A DNA stretch of 64,000 nt from Desulfatiglandales bacterium (GCA_963662465.1 OY759599.1:5664001-5728000); one strand, 5' to 3'; positions 1 to 9,447 are shown, numbered from the stretch's first letter. A program made the numbers and translations. Notes: a model not told the origin generated them from the sequence alone.

Positions 1-1632
1 CAGGGCAATGCCGGCGCGAACCGCAAACAGGAGGGAAAAAATACAGATAATGCGATAGATGCTGAAGGTGAAGTTATCCCAGCCGACCCGATAACGGATG
101 ACGTCCAGAAAAAGTGACCCTCCCCCCACAAAGATAAAGATCCAGGCAAGACTCAATAACAGCAGGGTCAAAAAGATCAGTGGAAACCCCAGACCCCGTA
201 TAGCCACGGGGGAATGAGCATCCAAAGGTATTTTTTTGCGCTGCCGACGAGAACCGATCTTCCCCAATCCGACACTGAGCCCCTTGGCCAGACGAACATT
301 CAGCGATAGCAACAGCAACAGCATCCCTATCAGAACAGATAGATAACCCCAACCCAGGAAGGCCATAAAGGCCAGCATCGGCATGGCCGCAACGAGAATG
401 GCCCTGGATATATTTGCCCAACGCTCGTTTTTCGTCTTGGCGCGGGCATAGTGCCAACACAGGACCAAAAGCCAGATCGACCACACCGGGATAAACGTTT
501 CCTCCGGAATATGAAGCGACTCCAGAAGGGCGCAGACGGAGACAGCGGCCCAGAGTGGGATCAAACGATGGGGTTCAGAATCCTGATCGGGGAAGAATAA
601 ATGCCGCAGATTTCGAGAAAGGGAGATCAGGCCGTAAACCAGAATCACCGTTACCGCCGTTGAAAAAAATGCTGACGGAAAAAGCCCCGTGGAAGAAACA
701 CCCAGGAGGATGCCGGCGCTTGCGGCACAGGACAGGAGGAAGGGGAGCAGTTGAATGTCCTTCAGACTTTCGAACCGCTTTTCGATCCGTTTCAGAAAGG
801 CGATGGACATTCCCAGAAAGAGCAGGAAAAACAATACAATTTTGGACATAAACATCGTCCATCCCATCCCCTTCAAGTCGATGGGTTCCAGGAGATAAAT
901 ACCGAATCCGGATGCCCATTTCCAGGCAGCGGTGAGCCCCGATGACCAGGCTGGGGCCGAAAAAAAGCTGGCGGTGCGCCTCAGCAAATGGGTTTCCAAA
1001 ACCCGATTGGATTCCTGCTCAATTCGAGCCCGGTCTTTTTCCAAAAGAAGGATAAAGCTCTCGGCAGCCTCAAGCCCCTTGGTCAAACCGAGGGTCATGG
1101 GTTGGAGTTTGGCTTGCAGAGCCGCCAGATCGTTCAAATAGGCCTTTACCGCCATATCCATGTGGGGGCCCAATTGTTTGATGGGATTCTCTTCCTGATT
1201 GAGTTTGCGGAACAAATCGGCCAGGTTCTCCATTTGTCGCACCACGGACGCTTTTTCCTGTTTGAATGGTGAAACGAGCCTGTCCGCTTCACGTTCAAAC
1301 CAACCCAGAACACCCAGGATATCCTGTAAGATAAGCGGGTTTCCAGACCTGAGATCAAAATAGAGCATGAGCTTTTCAAACCGGGATCTTAGCAGGTACA
1401 GGTGTTTTTGAAGGTTTGACAGTCGATCCGGCAGTTTTAAGGCCAACTGGTCCACGGCTTTGGCGGTCTCGGTAAGCTCCTGGTGCTGACGTTTCAGCAA
1501 TTCGTCCCAACTGTCGGGTTCATTTCCGGAAGGGTTGCAGGCGAGAAGAGACATCAGCATCAAAACCAAAAAAAAAAGGTGAAGATGCGTTTGATCTCTT
1601 CTGATAACCTTTTTTTTTCGCTTACAGCTCAT
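1..1632 (-). CDS. Large mechanosensitive channel (MscS/MscK-like), runs off the window edge
   Basis: Not in the ORF track because no stop falls in the window. Hand-translated at both ends: ATG at 1632 after GGAGG; MSCKRKKK...FFLVLMLMSLLAC (lipobox-like), helical periplasmic region, then hydrophobic ...FLDVIRYRVGWDNFTFSIYRIICIFSLLFAVRAGIAL, typical of the segment before an MscS core. Confidence 0.7.
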   Translation of the reverse strand, partial: MSCKRKKKVIRRDQTHLHLFFLVLMLMSLLACNPSGNEPDSWDELLKRQHQELTETAKAVDQLALKLPDRLSNLQKHLYLLRSRFEKLMLYFDLRSGNPLILQDILGVLGWFEREADRLVSPFKQEKASVVRQMENLADLFRKLNQEENPIKQLGPHMDMAVKAYLNDLAALQAKLQPMTLGLTKGLEAAESFILLLEKDRARIEQESNRVLETHLLRRTASFFSAPAWSSGLTAAWKWASGFGIYLLEPIDLKGMGWTMFMSKIVLFFLLFLGMSIAFLKRIEKRFESLKDIQLLPFLLSCAASAGILLGVSSTGLFPSAFFSTAVTVILVYGLISLSRNLRHLFFPDQDSEPHRLIPLWAAVSVCALLESLHIPEETFIPVWSIWLLVLCWHYARAKTKNERWANISRAILVAAMPMLAFMAFLGWGYLSVLIGMLLLLLSLNVRLAKGLSVGLGKIGSRRQRKKIPLDAHSPVAIRGLGFPLIFLTLLLLSLAWIFIFVGGGSLFLDVIRYRVGWDNFTFSIYRIICIFSLLFAVRAGIAL

Positions 1633-1874
1633 ACCGGTCCTCCCTGAGGATTGTTCATTTCTAATAAGTTCGGTGGGAAATACCTCATTTCAGTAACATG
1701 AGATAACAAACGACTGCGAAAAGGCAAGGGAAAAATTGTTGACAATAATCGAAAGATATTAAATCATTCGGGAAAGCCTATCAAATGGTCCCCCCCATTT
1801 TTTTCTGGAAGGACTTTTTCATGAACACCCAGACATATAACGTTCAGGATGCCAAAAACAAGGGAGGCGTCAAA

Positions 1875-3419
1875 ATGAAAAAACTGCCTGTCAGCATTAG
1901 CAATCTCAGGGAAATTATAGAGGAAGGCTACGCGTATGTGGATAAATCCGGATTTGTCCATGAATTGACGGAAAAAGGCAAATACTATTTTCTTTCCAGA
2001 CCACGGCGTTTCGGAAAATCCCTGTTCATAGACACCCTCAAGGAGGCTTTCGAGGCCAATGAGGATCTCTTTCGCGGCCTTTGGCTGCAGGATCACTGGA
2101 ACTGGAAAAAACGCTTCCCCGTAATCCACATCTCCTTTGGCAGCGGCGTCATCAGGAACCGTGAAGAGCTTGACCGAAGGATCATGGATATTCTTTACCG
2201 AAACGAGAGGGCTTTGGGGGTTATCTGCAAACAACCGAACGACATCCCAGGCTATTTTGGTGAGCTGATTCGCAATAGTGCGAAAAAATACGGTCTGCGC
2301 ACCGTTGTTCTGATCGATGAATACGATAAGCCCATTCTGGATAATATCTCCGACGGCGCCATGGCTTTCGAAGTTCGAGAAGGGCTGAAAAATCTATATT
2401 CCGTCATCAAGGACAGCGACGCCCATATTCAGTTCGCCTTTCTTACCGGCGTATCCAAGTTCTCAAAGGTGAGCCTGTTTTCAGGCCTGAACAACCTCAA
2501 GGATATTACCTTGGACCCGCAATATTCCACGATCTGCGGTTATACCGAACCTGAGATGACCGCGGTATTTTCTGAACATCTGAAAGACAAATCCCTGGCG
2601 GATATCCGCAAGTGGTATAATGGGTACGCCTGGCTTGGAGAAAAGGTATATAATCCCTTCAGTATTCTGAATTATCTTCAGGACGGCACTTTTCGCAACT
2701 ACTGGTTTGAGACGGGCACACCCGAATTTCTAATAAAGTTGGTCCTTGCCAAAAGATATCTCGTTCCCGGCTTGCAGCATACGCTTGCCACGGAAAGTCT
2801 TTTGGGGAGTTTCGATATCGACGCCATCGAGATCGAGACCCTCATGTTTCAAACCGGATATCTGACCATTCAGGAGAAACAGCAGTTCGGCAATATGACG
2901 GCATACCGCCTGGATTTTCCGAATCTGGAAGTAAAAATGAGTTTTACCGATAGCGTCTCAGCCTATCTGTTGAACCGGCGTCCCGCGCATGAACGGTACA
3001 AAATCGATTTATACCAATCCCTTGCATCCGGCAGAATAAATGAGATCGAACGGGTCTATCGCGGCCTGTTTTCCGCCATTCCCCACGACTGGTACCGCAA
3101 GAACAAATTGTCCGAATACGAAGGATATTACGCCTCCATCTTCTACTGCTACTTTACCGCCCTCGGCCTGGATGTGATTGCCGAGGATACGACCTGTCGC
3201 GATCGCATCGACATGACGGTGAAAATGGACAACAAGGTCTATATCTTCGAATTCAAGGTGGTGGACATCGACAAGACCCCCGGAACGGCACTGGAACAGA
3301 TCAGACAAAAAGGATATGCCGACAAATACCGCTCAAGCACCTCCGAGATCTACCGGATCGGCGTGGAATTCGACCGCAATGAGCGCAATATCGTCCGGTT
3401 CGAGTGGGATCGGGGGTAA
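1875..3419 (+). CDS. AAA-ATPase-like protein with C-terminal PD-(D/E)XK nuclease domain
   Basis: MKKLPVSI start after GGAGG; YVDKS, SRPRRFGKS (Walker A variant), LIDEYDKP, FLTGVSKF, YWFETGTP; C-terminal RIDM...IFEFK...ALEQI. Confidence 0.9.
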   Translation: MKKLPVSISNLREIIEEGYAYVDKSGFVHELTEKGKYYFLSRPRRFGKSLFIDTLKEAFEANEDLFRGLWLQDHWNWKKRFPVIHISFGSGVIRNREELDRRIMDILYRNERALGVICKQPNDIPGYFGELIRNSAKKYGLRTVVLIDEYDKPILDNISDGAMAFEVREGLKNLYSVIKDSDAHIQFAFLTGVSKFSKVSLFSGLNNLKDITLDPQYSTICGYTEPEMTAVFSEHLKDKSLADIRKWYNGYAWLGEKVYNPFSILNYLQDGTFRNYWFETGTPEFLIKLVLAKRYLVPGLQHTLATESLLGSFDIDAIEIETLMFQTGYLTIQEKQQFGNMTAYRLDFPNLEVKMSFTDSVSAYLLNRRPAHERYKIDLYQSLASGRINEIERVYRGLFSAIPHDWYRKNKLSEYEGYYASIFYCYFTALGLDVIAEDTTCRDRIDMTVKMDNKVYIFEFKVVDIDKTPGTALEQIRQKGYADKYRSSTSEIYRIGVEFDRNERNIVRFEWDRG

Positions 3420-3507
3420 ACGCAGGGGGGGCTTACCTGATCCCATCTTCTTTTCCCCTTCACCTTTAACAAAAGGTTTTCCTCTTAATAGCTAACAACT
3501 TCAAAAA

Positions 3508-4815
3508 TCATTTCGTCATCATATTCGGCAGCAAAAGCGCCAGATCCGGAAAAACGGTAACAAGAATCACCACCGCGAATATAGCCAGCAGAAACGGGGC
3601 CACACCGCGAAAAATGGTCTCCACCGGTACACCCTTGGCAACACCCGCCACCGTAAAGATATTCAGGCCCATGGGAGGGGTGATTAGTCCCGCCTCCATC
3701 ATCAACACCGCGATCACACCAAACCAGATGGGGTTGAACCCCAATGCCAGAATCACCGGATAAATGACCGGCATGGTCAAAACCATCATGCTGATGGCGT
3801 CCAGAAAACAGCCTAGAAACATGTACATAAGAATAACAACGGTGTGAATCACATAGGGGGAAACATCCAGGGTTCCGGCCCATTCGGCCACCTGCATGGG
3901 AATGGTGGACAGCGCCAGAAAATAACTGAACACATTGGCCCCGGCCACGAGAAACAGCACCATAATGGAAATGTGTACCGATTCCTGAAGGGCGTTGGTG
4001 AGATTTTTCCAGGTCAGTTTCTTTTTGAAAAGGGCGATCAACAACAGCACCGTAGCCCCGATGGCGCCTGCTTCCGTGGGTGTAAAGAAGCCTCCGTAGA
4101 TCCCTCCCATGACCAGCAAAAAGACCGCCAGGGGTTCCCATACCTTCAGAAGGGCGGCAAATTTAACGCGCCGGGAAACGGATTCAAGGTTCGCCGGCGC
4201 CAGGGCCGGATTGATCTTCACCATGAAGACCACGATCCCCACATAGGCCAGCGCCAGGGTCAAACCGGGGAAAATGCCTGCCACCAGCAGCTTCCCAATG
4301 GACTGCTCGGTCAGCATGCCGTACACGATGAACCCGATGCTCGGTGGGATCAAAAACCCCAGCGTGCCCCCTGCGGCGATGCTGCCCGTGGCTAGTCGGG
4401 GATGGTATTTATATCGCTCCATTTCGGGCAGCGCCACGGTCCCCATGGTGGCCGCCGTGGCCACGGATGAACCGGAAACCGCTGCAAATCCGGCACAGGC
4501 CCCGATGGTAGCCACGGCAAGCCCTCCGGGCAACCGCCGCAACCATTTATCGAAGGTATTGTAGAGGTCCTTGGTCATACCCGAACTTGCCGCGAACCCC
4601 CCCATGACGATGAAGAGGGGAATCACCGTGTAGGGGAAATAGGCACTGACCTCGTAAACGGTTCGGGAGACCATTGGAAGCGCCGCTTCAATGCCGGACA
4701 GATAGGCAACCCCCGCAAAGCCCACGAACATTAAGGCATAGGCGATATGCATGCCGAGGAAAAGCAGCAGAAACACCAGGGCCGTGCCCATGATGCCGAT
4801 GGTCACAGGATCCAC
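3508..4815 (-). CDS. dctM: TRAP transporter large permease
   Basis: 435 aa polytopic; GSSVATAATMG, AAGGTLGFLIPPS, FTPTEAGA, GLITPPMG motifs. Confidence 0.95.
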   Translation of the reverse strand: MDPVTIGIMGTALVFLLLFLGMHIAYALMFVGFAGVAYLSGIEAALPMVSRTVYEVSAYFPYTVIPLFIVMGGFAASSGMTKDLYNTFDKWLRRLPGGLAVATIGACAGFAAVSGSSVATAATMGTVALPEMERYKYHPRLATGSIAAGGTLGFLIPPSIGFIVYGMLTEQSIGKLLVAGIFPGLTLALAYVGIVVFMVKINPALAPANLESVSRRVKFAALLKVWEPLAVFLLVMGGIYGGFFTPTEAGAIGATVLLLIALFKKKLTWKNLTNALQESVHISIMVLFLVAGANVFSYFLALSTIPMQVAEWAGTLDVSPYVIHTVVILMYMFLGCFLDAISMMVLTMPVIYPVILALGFNPIWFGVIAVLMMEAGLITPPMGLNIFTVAGVAKGVPVETIFRGVAPFLLAIFAVVILVTVFPDLALLLPNMMTK

Positions 4816-4817
4816 GG

Positions 4818-5291
4818 TTATCTCCTTACCAGTTTCCGGATAGCATCCACCAGGTCAAGCACCAGTTCCAGACAAAGAAAGACCCCGGCCACCGACACCA
4901 GCAGCCTGAAAGGGTATTGGGGCACTCGCAGCATATCCGAAACCGTGCGCTCTTCCATGCCCACCACCCAGCCCTGCCAGGCCATAACGGCGATAATGAA
5001 CAGACTCAGAAGGGTGGTCAAAATCTGAAGCGTCAGAGCCGCCTTTTCCGGAAGGCGAGACGTCAGCATGGTCACACGCACATGCCCCCCCACCTGGTGG
5101 GTGTAGGCAATTCCCAAAAGCATAAATATCGCCAGCATATAACTTGACAGTTCCATGGAACCGGGAATAGGCTTGGACCAGATGGCCCGACCCACAACCT
5201 CCCCGCTGGTCAGCAACATCATGGGGATCAGAAAAAACATGCCCACATAGTTTAAAGAAAAGGTAATACGTTGTATGATTTTCCGTATCAT
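4818..5291 (-). CDS. dctQ: TRAP transporter small permease
   Basis: 157 aa, 4 TM, GHVRV motif, lies between dctP and dctM. Confidence 0.9.
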   Translation of the reverse strand: MIRKIIQRITFSLNYVGMFFLIPMMLLTSGEVVGRAIWSKPIPGSMELSSYMLAIFMLLGIAYTHQVGGHVRVTMLTSRLPEKAALTLQILTTLLSLFIIAVMAWQGWVVGMEERTVSDMLRVPQYPFRLLVSVAGVFLCLELVLDLVDAIRKLVRR

Positions 5292-5338
5292 CTTTTGCCG
5301 CTCCGTTTCGGTTGGGTGTAAGGTATCAGGTTAAAATG

Positions 5339-6400
5339 CTATTTTTTCCATTCCGGCGGCATGGCCACACAGGTTACCCCTGCATCCGTCGCGGCCTGGT
5401 CATACACGAGGACCGTCTTCTTGGCGGGAAGGCCCTTTTGTTCCAGATCCGCCACCCATTTTTTGGTGACATCCTGGAAACGGGCGAACCATTTCTTTTC
5501 CTGGTCCTGGGGCAGCTTGTAAAGCTTTATGCCCTTTGCCTCGATTTCCTTCATCATGGTCTTGTACACCGCCTGATTGAGACCGCCCGTGGTGCGAAAG
5601 GGATTGCCGCACACCTCTTCGATGATGACTTTAAGATCATCGGGGGTTTTTTCCCAAACTTTTTTGTTCATGATCACCCCTTCGGACACACAACCAAAGG
5701 TGGCTACCACGCCGTATTTGGCCACTTCATAGAGCTTGAAAGCTAAAACCAGGGGGGGGCAGGTTACCAGGCCGTCGATGGCGCCGGTTTCAAGGGAAAG
5801 GTACGCATCGCCCAGAGGCATGAACACCGGTTCCGCGCCCAGTGCCTTGATATACTGAGTCTGCAGACCGCCGGGGGCCCTGATTTTCATGCCTTTGAGG
5901 TCTGCAAGGGAATGGACCGGTTTTCGGGTCCACAAAAAGGCCTGGATGCAACCATTCAACTCTATGACTTTTACATCTTTAAACTCTTCTTCCAATGCGC
6001 CCTTGTACACCTTGTTGCCGATGTCAACGGCCACGTCTTTCCCATCCACCCAGGCCGCAAGGGACAAGACGTCGGTCAATGGAAACCTGCCCGGGGTCCA
6101 GGTGGCGGTAAAATACCCCATATCGGACATGCCGTTACGCACAATATCAAAATGTTCCGGGCCCTTACCGAGTGCGCCCCCCGCATAGAGAGTAGTCGTA
6201 ATACGGCCGTTGCTGCGCTTTTCCAGTTCCGCCAGCATGGGCTTCCACACCGTCTTCACTTCCCGGCTTGCGGGCGGATGCCATGTGGAGAATTTCAGGT
6301 GAATCTCACCATCCGAATCCGCCATTGCGATCGCGGGCAGAACCATGGCCAGGAAACCCACCAGCAGAAACCCCTCAAACAAACCTTTTCCTTTTTTCAT
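5339..6400 (-). CDS. dctP: TRAP transporter substrate-binding protein
   Basis: Signal peptide; SNGRI...YAGGALG, PGRFPL, DLKGMKIR, YLSLETGAIDG. Confidence 0.93.
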   Translation of the reverse strand: MKKGKGLFEGFLLVGFLAMVLPAIAMADSDGEIHLKFSTWHPPASREVKTVWKPMLAELEKRSNGRITTTLYAGGALGKGPEHFDIVRNGMSDMGYFTATWTPGRFPLTDVLSLAAWVDGKDVAVDIGNKVYKGALEEEFKDVKVIELNGCIQAFLWTRKPVHSLADLKGMKIRAPGGLQTQYIKALGAEPVFMPLGDAYLSLETGAIDGLVTCPPLVLAFKLYEVAKYGVVATFGCVSEGVIMNKKVWEKTPDDLKVIIEEVCGNPFRTTGGLNQAVYKTMMKEIEAKGIKLYKLPQDQEKKWFARFQDVTKKWVADLEQKGLPAKKTVLVYDQAATDAGVTCVAMPPEWKK

Positions 6401-6651
6401 TCCCGATACCTCCTTAAAAAATTTGGTTGCCGTTCAAAAGACAAAAAAACCGTCCCATGATTCCTTATCCTTGATGGCTTCTATGCTCTTTCTCTAATGC
6501 CGAACCGATGAGAGGCTGTATGTAGTATCTAAAGGTTAGATATCAGGTTATCAAGGGAAAAATTTAGGATTAGCCGTTTCCGGTTTTTTATATTAAATTG
6601 TCTTTAAATTCATAAAATAAAACGCTAACGGCCAAAACAAAATCGCTTAGA

Positions 6652-7113
6652 ATGGGAAAAACAATGAAGGGGACCATTTCCAGGGAAAGAGCGGCATTTT
6701 TAGAAAAGGACTATGCACGCGGATTTATACAATACTGCCAGTTTAAACCCGAGGTCATCCAATATGGCTTTTTTCAGTCCCGGGTGACCATCAGGGAACA
6801 TCACCGGCAACAGGACACTTTTATTCACGCGGGGGTGATGGCCGCCATAGCCGACCATACAGCAGGATACGCGGCTTTTACAACGGTCTCGGAGGAATTT
6901 CAGATCCTGACCATTGAATTCAAAATCAATTTCCTGAAACCGGCCCATGGCAAAGCCCTGGTGTGTCGGTCAAAGGTCATTCGCGGGGGAAAACAGATCA
7001 TCATCGCGGAATCGGAAGTTTTTGATATTCATGAAGGAACGGAGACCATGAGCGCCAAGGCCATGGTGACCCTCATGGCCGTTCACAGAGAGAAGCTTAA
7101 ATCAAAAAGCTGA
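6652..7113 (+). CDS. PaaI-family hotdog thioesterase
   Basis: QQDTFIHAGVMAAIAD, TIEFKINFLKPA. Confidence 0.9.
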   Translation: MGKTMKGTISRERAAFLEKDYARGFIQYCQFKPEVIQYGFFQSRVTIREHHRQQDTFIHAGVMAAIADHTAGYAAFTTVSEEFQILTIEFKINFLKPAHGKALVCRSKVIRGGKQIIIAESEVFDIHEGTETMSAKAMVTLMAVHREKLKSKS

Positions 7114-7821
7114 TGCGATCTCATCTGCCACCCGTTTCGCCGCGTCCCGAGGATCTTTCGCGTCCCGGATAGGGCGACCGATGACCACATAGTCGGATCC
7201 ATTCCTGACAGCGTCCGCCGGGGTGACAATACGTTTCTGGTCGTCTTTGTCCACCAGGGTCCAGGCTGGACGAATGCCGGGGGTTACCGCAATGAGGTCA
7301 GCGCCCATGGCCTTTTTGACCATCCCCACTTCCAGGCCGGAACAGACCACCCCATGGCAGCCGGCATCTTTTGCCAGCCTCGCCTTTTGAAGCACCAGGG
7401 CTGATATATCGTTGGCATATTCATCCCTGTATCCCAGGGCTTTCAGCTTTTCCTGGTTGAGGCTAGTGAGAACGGTAATGGCCAGAATTTTGGTATTGCC
7501 GGGATTGTTTTCCGCAGCGCTTTTGAGGATGTCGTCCCCCTCATCGCAGTGAACCGTCACAAACGCGGGGTGATGAAGGCTGGCGGCGCGAAAGGCCCGC
7601 TGCACTGTGGCGGGAATGTCATGCAACTTGAGATCCAGGAATATCCCAGCGCTGCTCACGTCACCAATGGCTTTGAGAATCTTCGGGCCCTGTGAAATGA
7701 ACAACTCCAGACCCACCTTGAAAAGACCCACCTCTTCTTTCAGAGTTTCCACATAGCCCATGGCCTGATCATAGTCGGGAAGGTCCAGGGGAAAGACAAT
7801 ATAGTCCTTGGGGGTTTTCAT
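7102..7821 (-). CDS. pyrF: Orotidine-5'-phosphate decarboxylase
   Basis: FKVGLELF, FLDLKLHDIPATV, VTPGIRP, DQKRIVTP, VIGRPI. Confidence 0.97.
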   Translation of the reverse strand: MKTPKDYIVFPLDLPDYDQAMGYVETLKEEVGLFKVGLELFISQGPKILKAIGDVSSAGIFLDLKLHDIPATVQRAFRAASLHHPAFVTVHCDEGDDILKSAAENNPGNTKILAITVLTSLNQEKLKALGYRDEYANDISALVLQKARLAKDAGCHGVVCSGLEVGMVKKAMGADLIAVTPGIRPAWTLVDKDDQKRIVTPADAVRNGSDYVVIGRPIRDAKDPRDAAKRVADEIASAF

Positions 7822-7884
7822 AATTTTCCTCGTTCGGATATTTTGGAGTTTAAAAAGGATTTCGATTATGATAGAAGTTAATAG

Positions 7885-7913
7885 TTGACATGGTCGAAAA
7901 AAACAACCATATT
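7885..7913 (+). promoter_or_regulatory. Putative sigma70 promoter of tRNA-Thr
   Basis: TTGACA-N17-CATATT ending 18 nt before the tRNA. Confidence 0.5.
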
Positions 7914-7931
7914 ACGTGAATTCAATTTTGG

Positions 7932-8007
7932 GCCACCGTAGCTCAGTTGGTAGAGCACCTCACTCGTAATGAGGATGTCTGCGGTTCGATTCCGCACGGT
8001 GGCTCCA
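7932..8007 (+). tRNA. tRNA-Thr, anticodon CGT
   Basis: 76 nt; acceptor GCCACCG/CGGTGGC, D arm GCTC...GAGC, anticodon arm CCTCA-CT-CGT-AA-TGAGG, T loop GGTTCGATTCC, encoded CCA. Confidence 0.98.
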
Positions 8008-8030
8008 ATAGAAAAAATTTTGTTCAAGTC

Positions 8031-8414
8031 CTACGCGGCTCTTTTCTGATATTTTTCAGCAATTTTTACTTTCTTTCCGTATTTTTCACAATAGAAACGA
8101 ATACATTCCGGTGCTATATCAATTGCTTTTTCGTCATACAATCCTGTTTCTGGATTTAACCAGATAAGAGTATAGTCACCTTTTACCAATTCAAATCTAC
8201 TTTTATCTCGAAGTGGCAAAAAAACTTCTCCAGGATTTTCCTCAACTATCAGAGAATAAAAATCCAATTCATAGATTGATACATCCAAATTTTCCTCAAA
8301 CCATAATCTCAAGATATAATCTTTTACATACTCGGCTTTGAGGAGTCCTCGTTCAAATTTATTTTTCCAGTTTGATTCATCTGCAGCATATTCAGACCAT
8401 TCTTTCCATTTCAT
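8031..8414 (-). CDS. DUF2442-like protein (putative antitoxin)
   Basis: AEYVKDYILRLWFE...VFLPLRDKSRF...TLIW...IDIAPE pattern; directly downstream of a DUF4160 gene; AT-rich. Confidence 0.7.
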   Translation of the reverse strand: MKWKEWSEYAADESNWKNKFERGLLKAEYVKDYILRLWFEENLDVSIYELDFYSLIVEENPGEVFLPLRDKSRFELVKGDYTLIWLNPETGLYDEKAIDIAPECIRFYCEKYGKKVKIAEKYQKRAA

Positions 8415-8419
8415 GATAT

Positions 8420-8691
8420 TTACCCCACAATTGATACAAGTTGATTAATCATAGCAAGCTTCCATTGTTCAAGTAGTTCCTGTTCATGGACATCTACCCA
8501 TACTTCCACCATTTTTTTCAATTTCAGAGGTAGGCCTTTACCGGGTTTCATCCATTTTTTTGTTCTGATTTCATAACGATAACTTTTCACGTCATTCTGA
8601 TATTTGATATGAACATGCGGCGGTGCATGATCATTATAATTCATCAGTACTATCAGTGTACTTTTTTAAAGGGATACGATACAGGCGGCAT
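8420..8691 (-). pseudogene. DUF4160-like protein (putative toxin), frameshifted near the 5' end
   Basis: NDHAPPHVH motif and WVDVHEQELLEQW tail; upstream ATG at 8691 (MPPVSYPFKK) joins the ORF only if the A6 run (8662-8667) were A7. Confidence 0.65.
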
Positions 8692-8731
8692 AATTTATTA
8701 CTCTCTCATTTTGATTCTCATTCATAAAGAG

Positions 8732-8789
8732 GTATGACGTTAAATTGTGCGGTGTGGCTTTTTGCGTCCGCACCAGTGCCGGGTTATAT
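8732..8789 (-). mobile_element. Integron attC-like recombination site (degenerate core)
   Basis: Minus strand ATATAAC-CCGGC-ACTG(G)TGCGG...CCGCACAAT-TTAAC-GTCATAC: 58 bp, R''-5nt-L''...L'-5nt-R' layout with an extrahelical base; starts 4 nt after a stop codon; core reads GTC instead of GTT. Confidence 0.65.
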
Positions 8790-8793
8790 GAAT

Positions 8794-9000
8794 TTAACCG
8801 GATAGGTACTCTAATAACTCAGCATTTGCGGCGTTTTTTATTAGTCTTGCTCTCACGGGACCAACATTATATTTTAGCAATTAAATTTGACTCAGTATTC
8901 TGATGTAAATCTTCGATCGTATTTATGCCAGCTTCTTGAAGCTTTTCTTTTCGCCAGCGTGTAAGCATTTGCAGAACTGTTATTGGTTTCTTAAGCATGT
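8794..9000 (-). pseudogene. 3' fragment of a gene ending in an HhH/RNAP alpha-CTD-like domain
   Basis: Hand translation MLKKPITVLQMLTRWRKEKLQEAGINTIEDL...IYNVGPVRARLIKNAANAELLEYLSG*, ending at the attC-like site. Confidence 0.5.
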
Positions 9001-9202
9001 GTTCCAACGAAATTTGTAGAGCTTGCTTCAATCTGTGCACTTACTACGTTCAGCAACTCACGTTCATTAGTATCCGCAATGGTCTCTGAAAATTCAAAAA
9101 AACAGGATGCATAGTGGTGTACCTTTCCAAACGATTCAGTGTTTTGAATAGTATTATTGAAAGTGTCTTGGCAACGCATATTAATTTTTTCGAAATATTC
9201 TT
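8991..9202 (-). pseudogene. 5' fragment of an AT-rich hypothetical gene interrupted by the MITE
   Basis: EYFEKINMRCQDTF...ELLNVVSAQIEASS; the ORF-track ATG (9209) lies inside the MITE end; removing the MITE restores ...NAKEYFEKIN. Confidence 0.5.
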
Positions 9203-9356
9203 GGCTCATCGTGGATTTGCGTGAAATTTGGCTTCTGAGCCGATTGTAGGTGCGACTTTAGTCGCACATTAAGCCTACCCTGTGCGACTAAAGTCGCACC
9301 TACAGCCCGAACCGAAACAACCCAAAGCGCGGTTTCACGTTAATCCGCAATGAACC
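9203..9356. mobile_element. 154-bp MITE with 24-bp imperfect TIRs and 8-bp target-site duplication
   Basis: TSD ATATTCTT at 9195-9202 and 9357-9364; left end GGCTCATCGTGGATTTGCGTGAAA vs reverse complement of right end GGTTCATTGCGGATTAACGTGAAA (19/24). Confidence 0.85.
9245..9304. repeat. GTAG-type REP doublet (REPIN-like)
   Basis: TGTAGGTGCGACTTTAGTCGCACA and its exact reverse complement 12 nt away; each half is itself a hairpin. Confidence 0.9.
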
Positions 9357-9447
9357 ATATTCTTTAGCATTCGTTGGATCTTATCTTTTGTTATGAACCA
9401 TACACACTGCAAAATGATCAGCGTAATCTGAATGAGGGATATCACCG

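Noticed and set aside
1568..1618. A10 and T9 homopolymers at the 5' end of the first gene as a frameshift
   Set aside because: Codon-by-codon translation from ATG 1632 stays in frame through both runs
7947..8159. 70-aa ORF from the track
   Set aside because: It overlaps tRNA-Thr and the antisense of the DUF2442 gene; spurious
8655..8675. Canonical programmed -1 ribosomal frameshift (A AAA AAG) in the DUF4160 gene
   Set aside because: The heptamer is not in the required phase relative to ATG 8691
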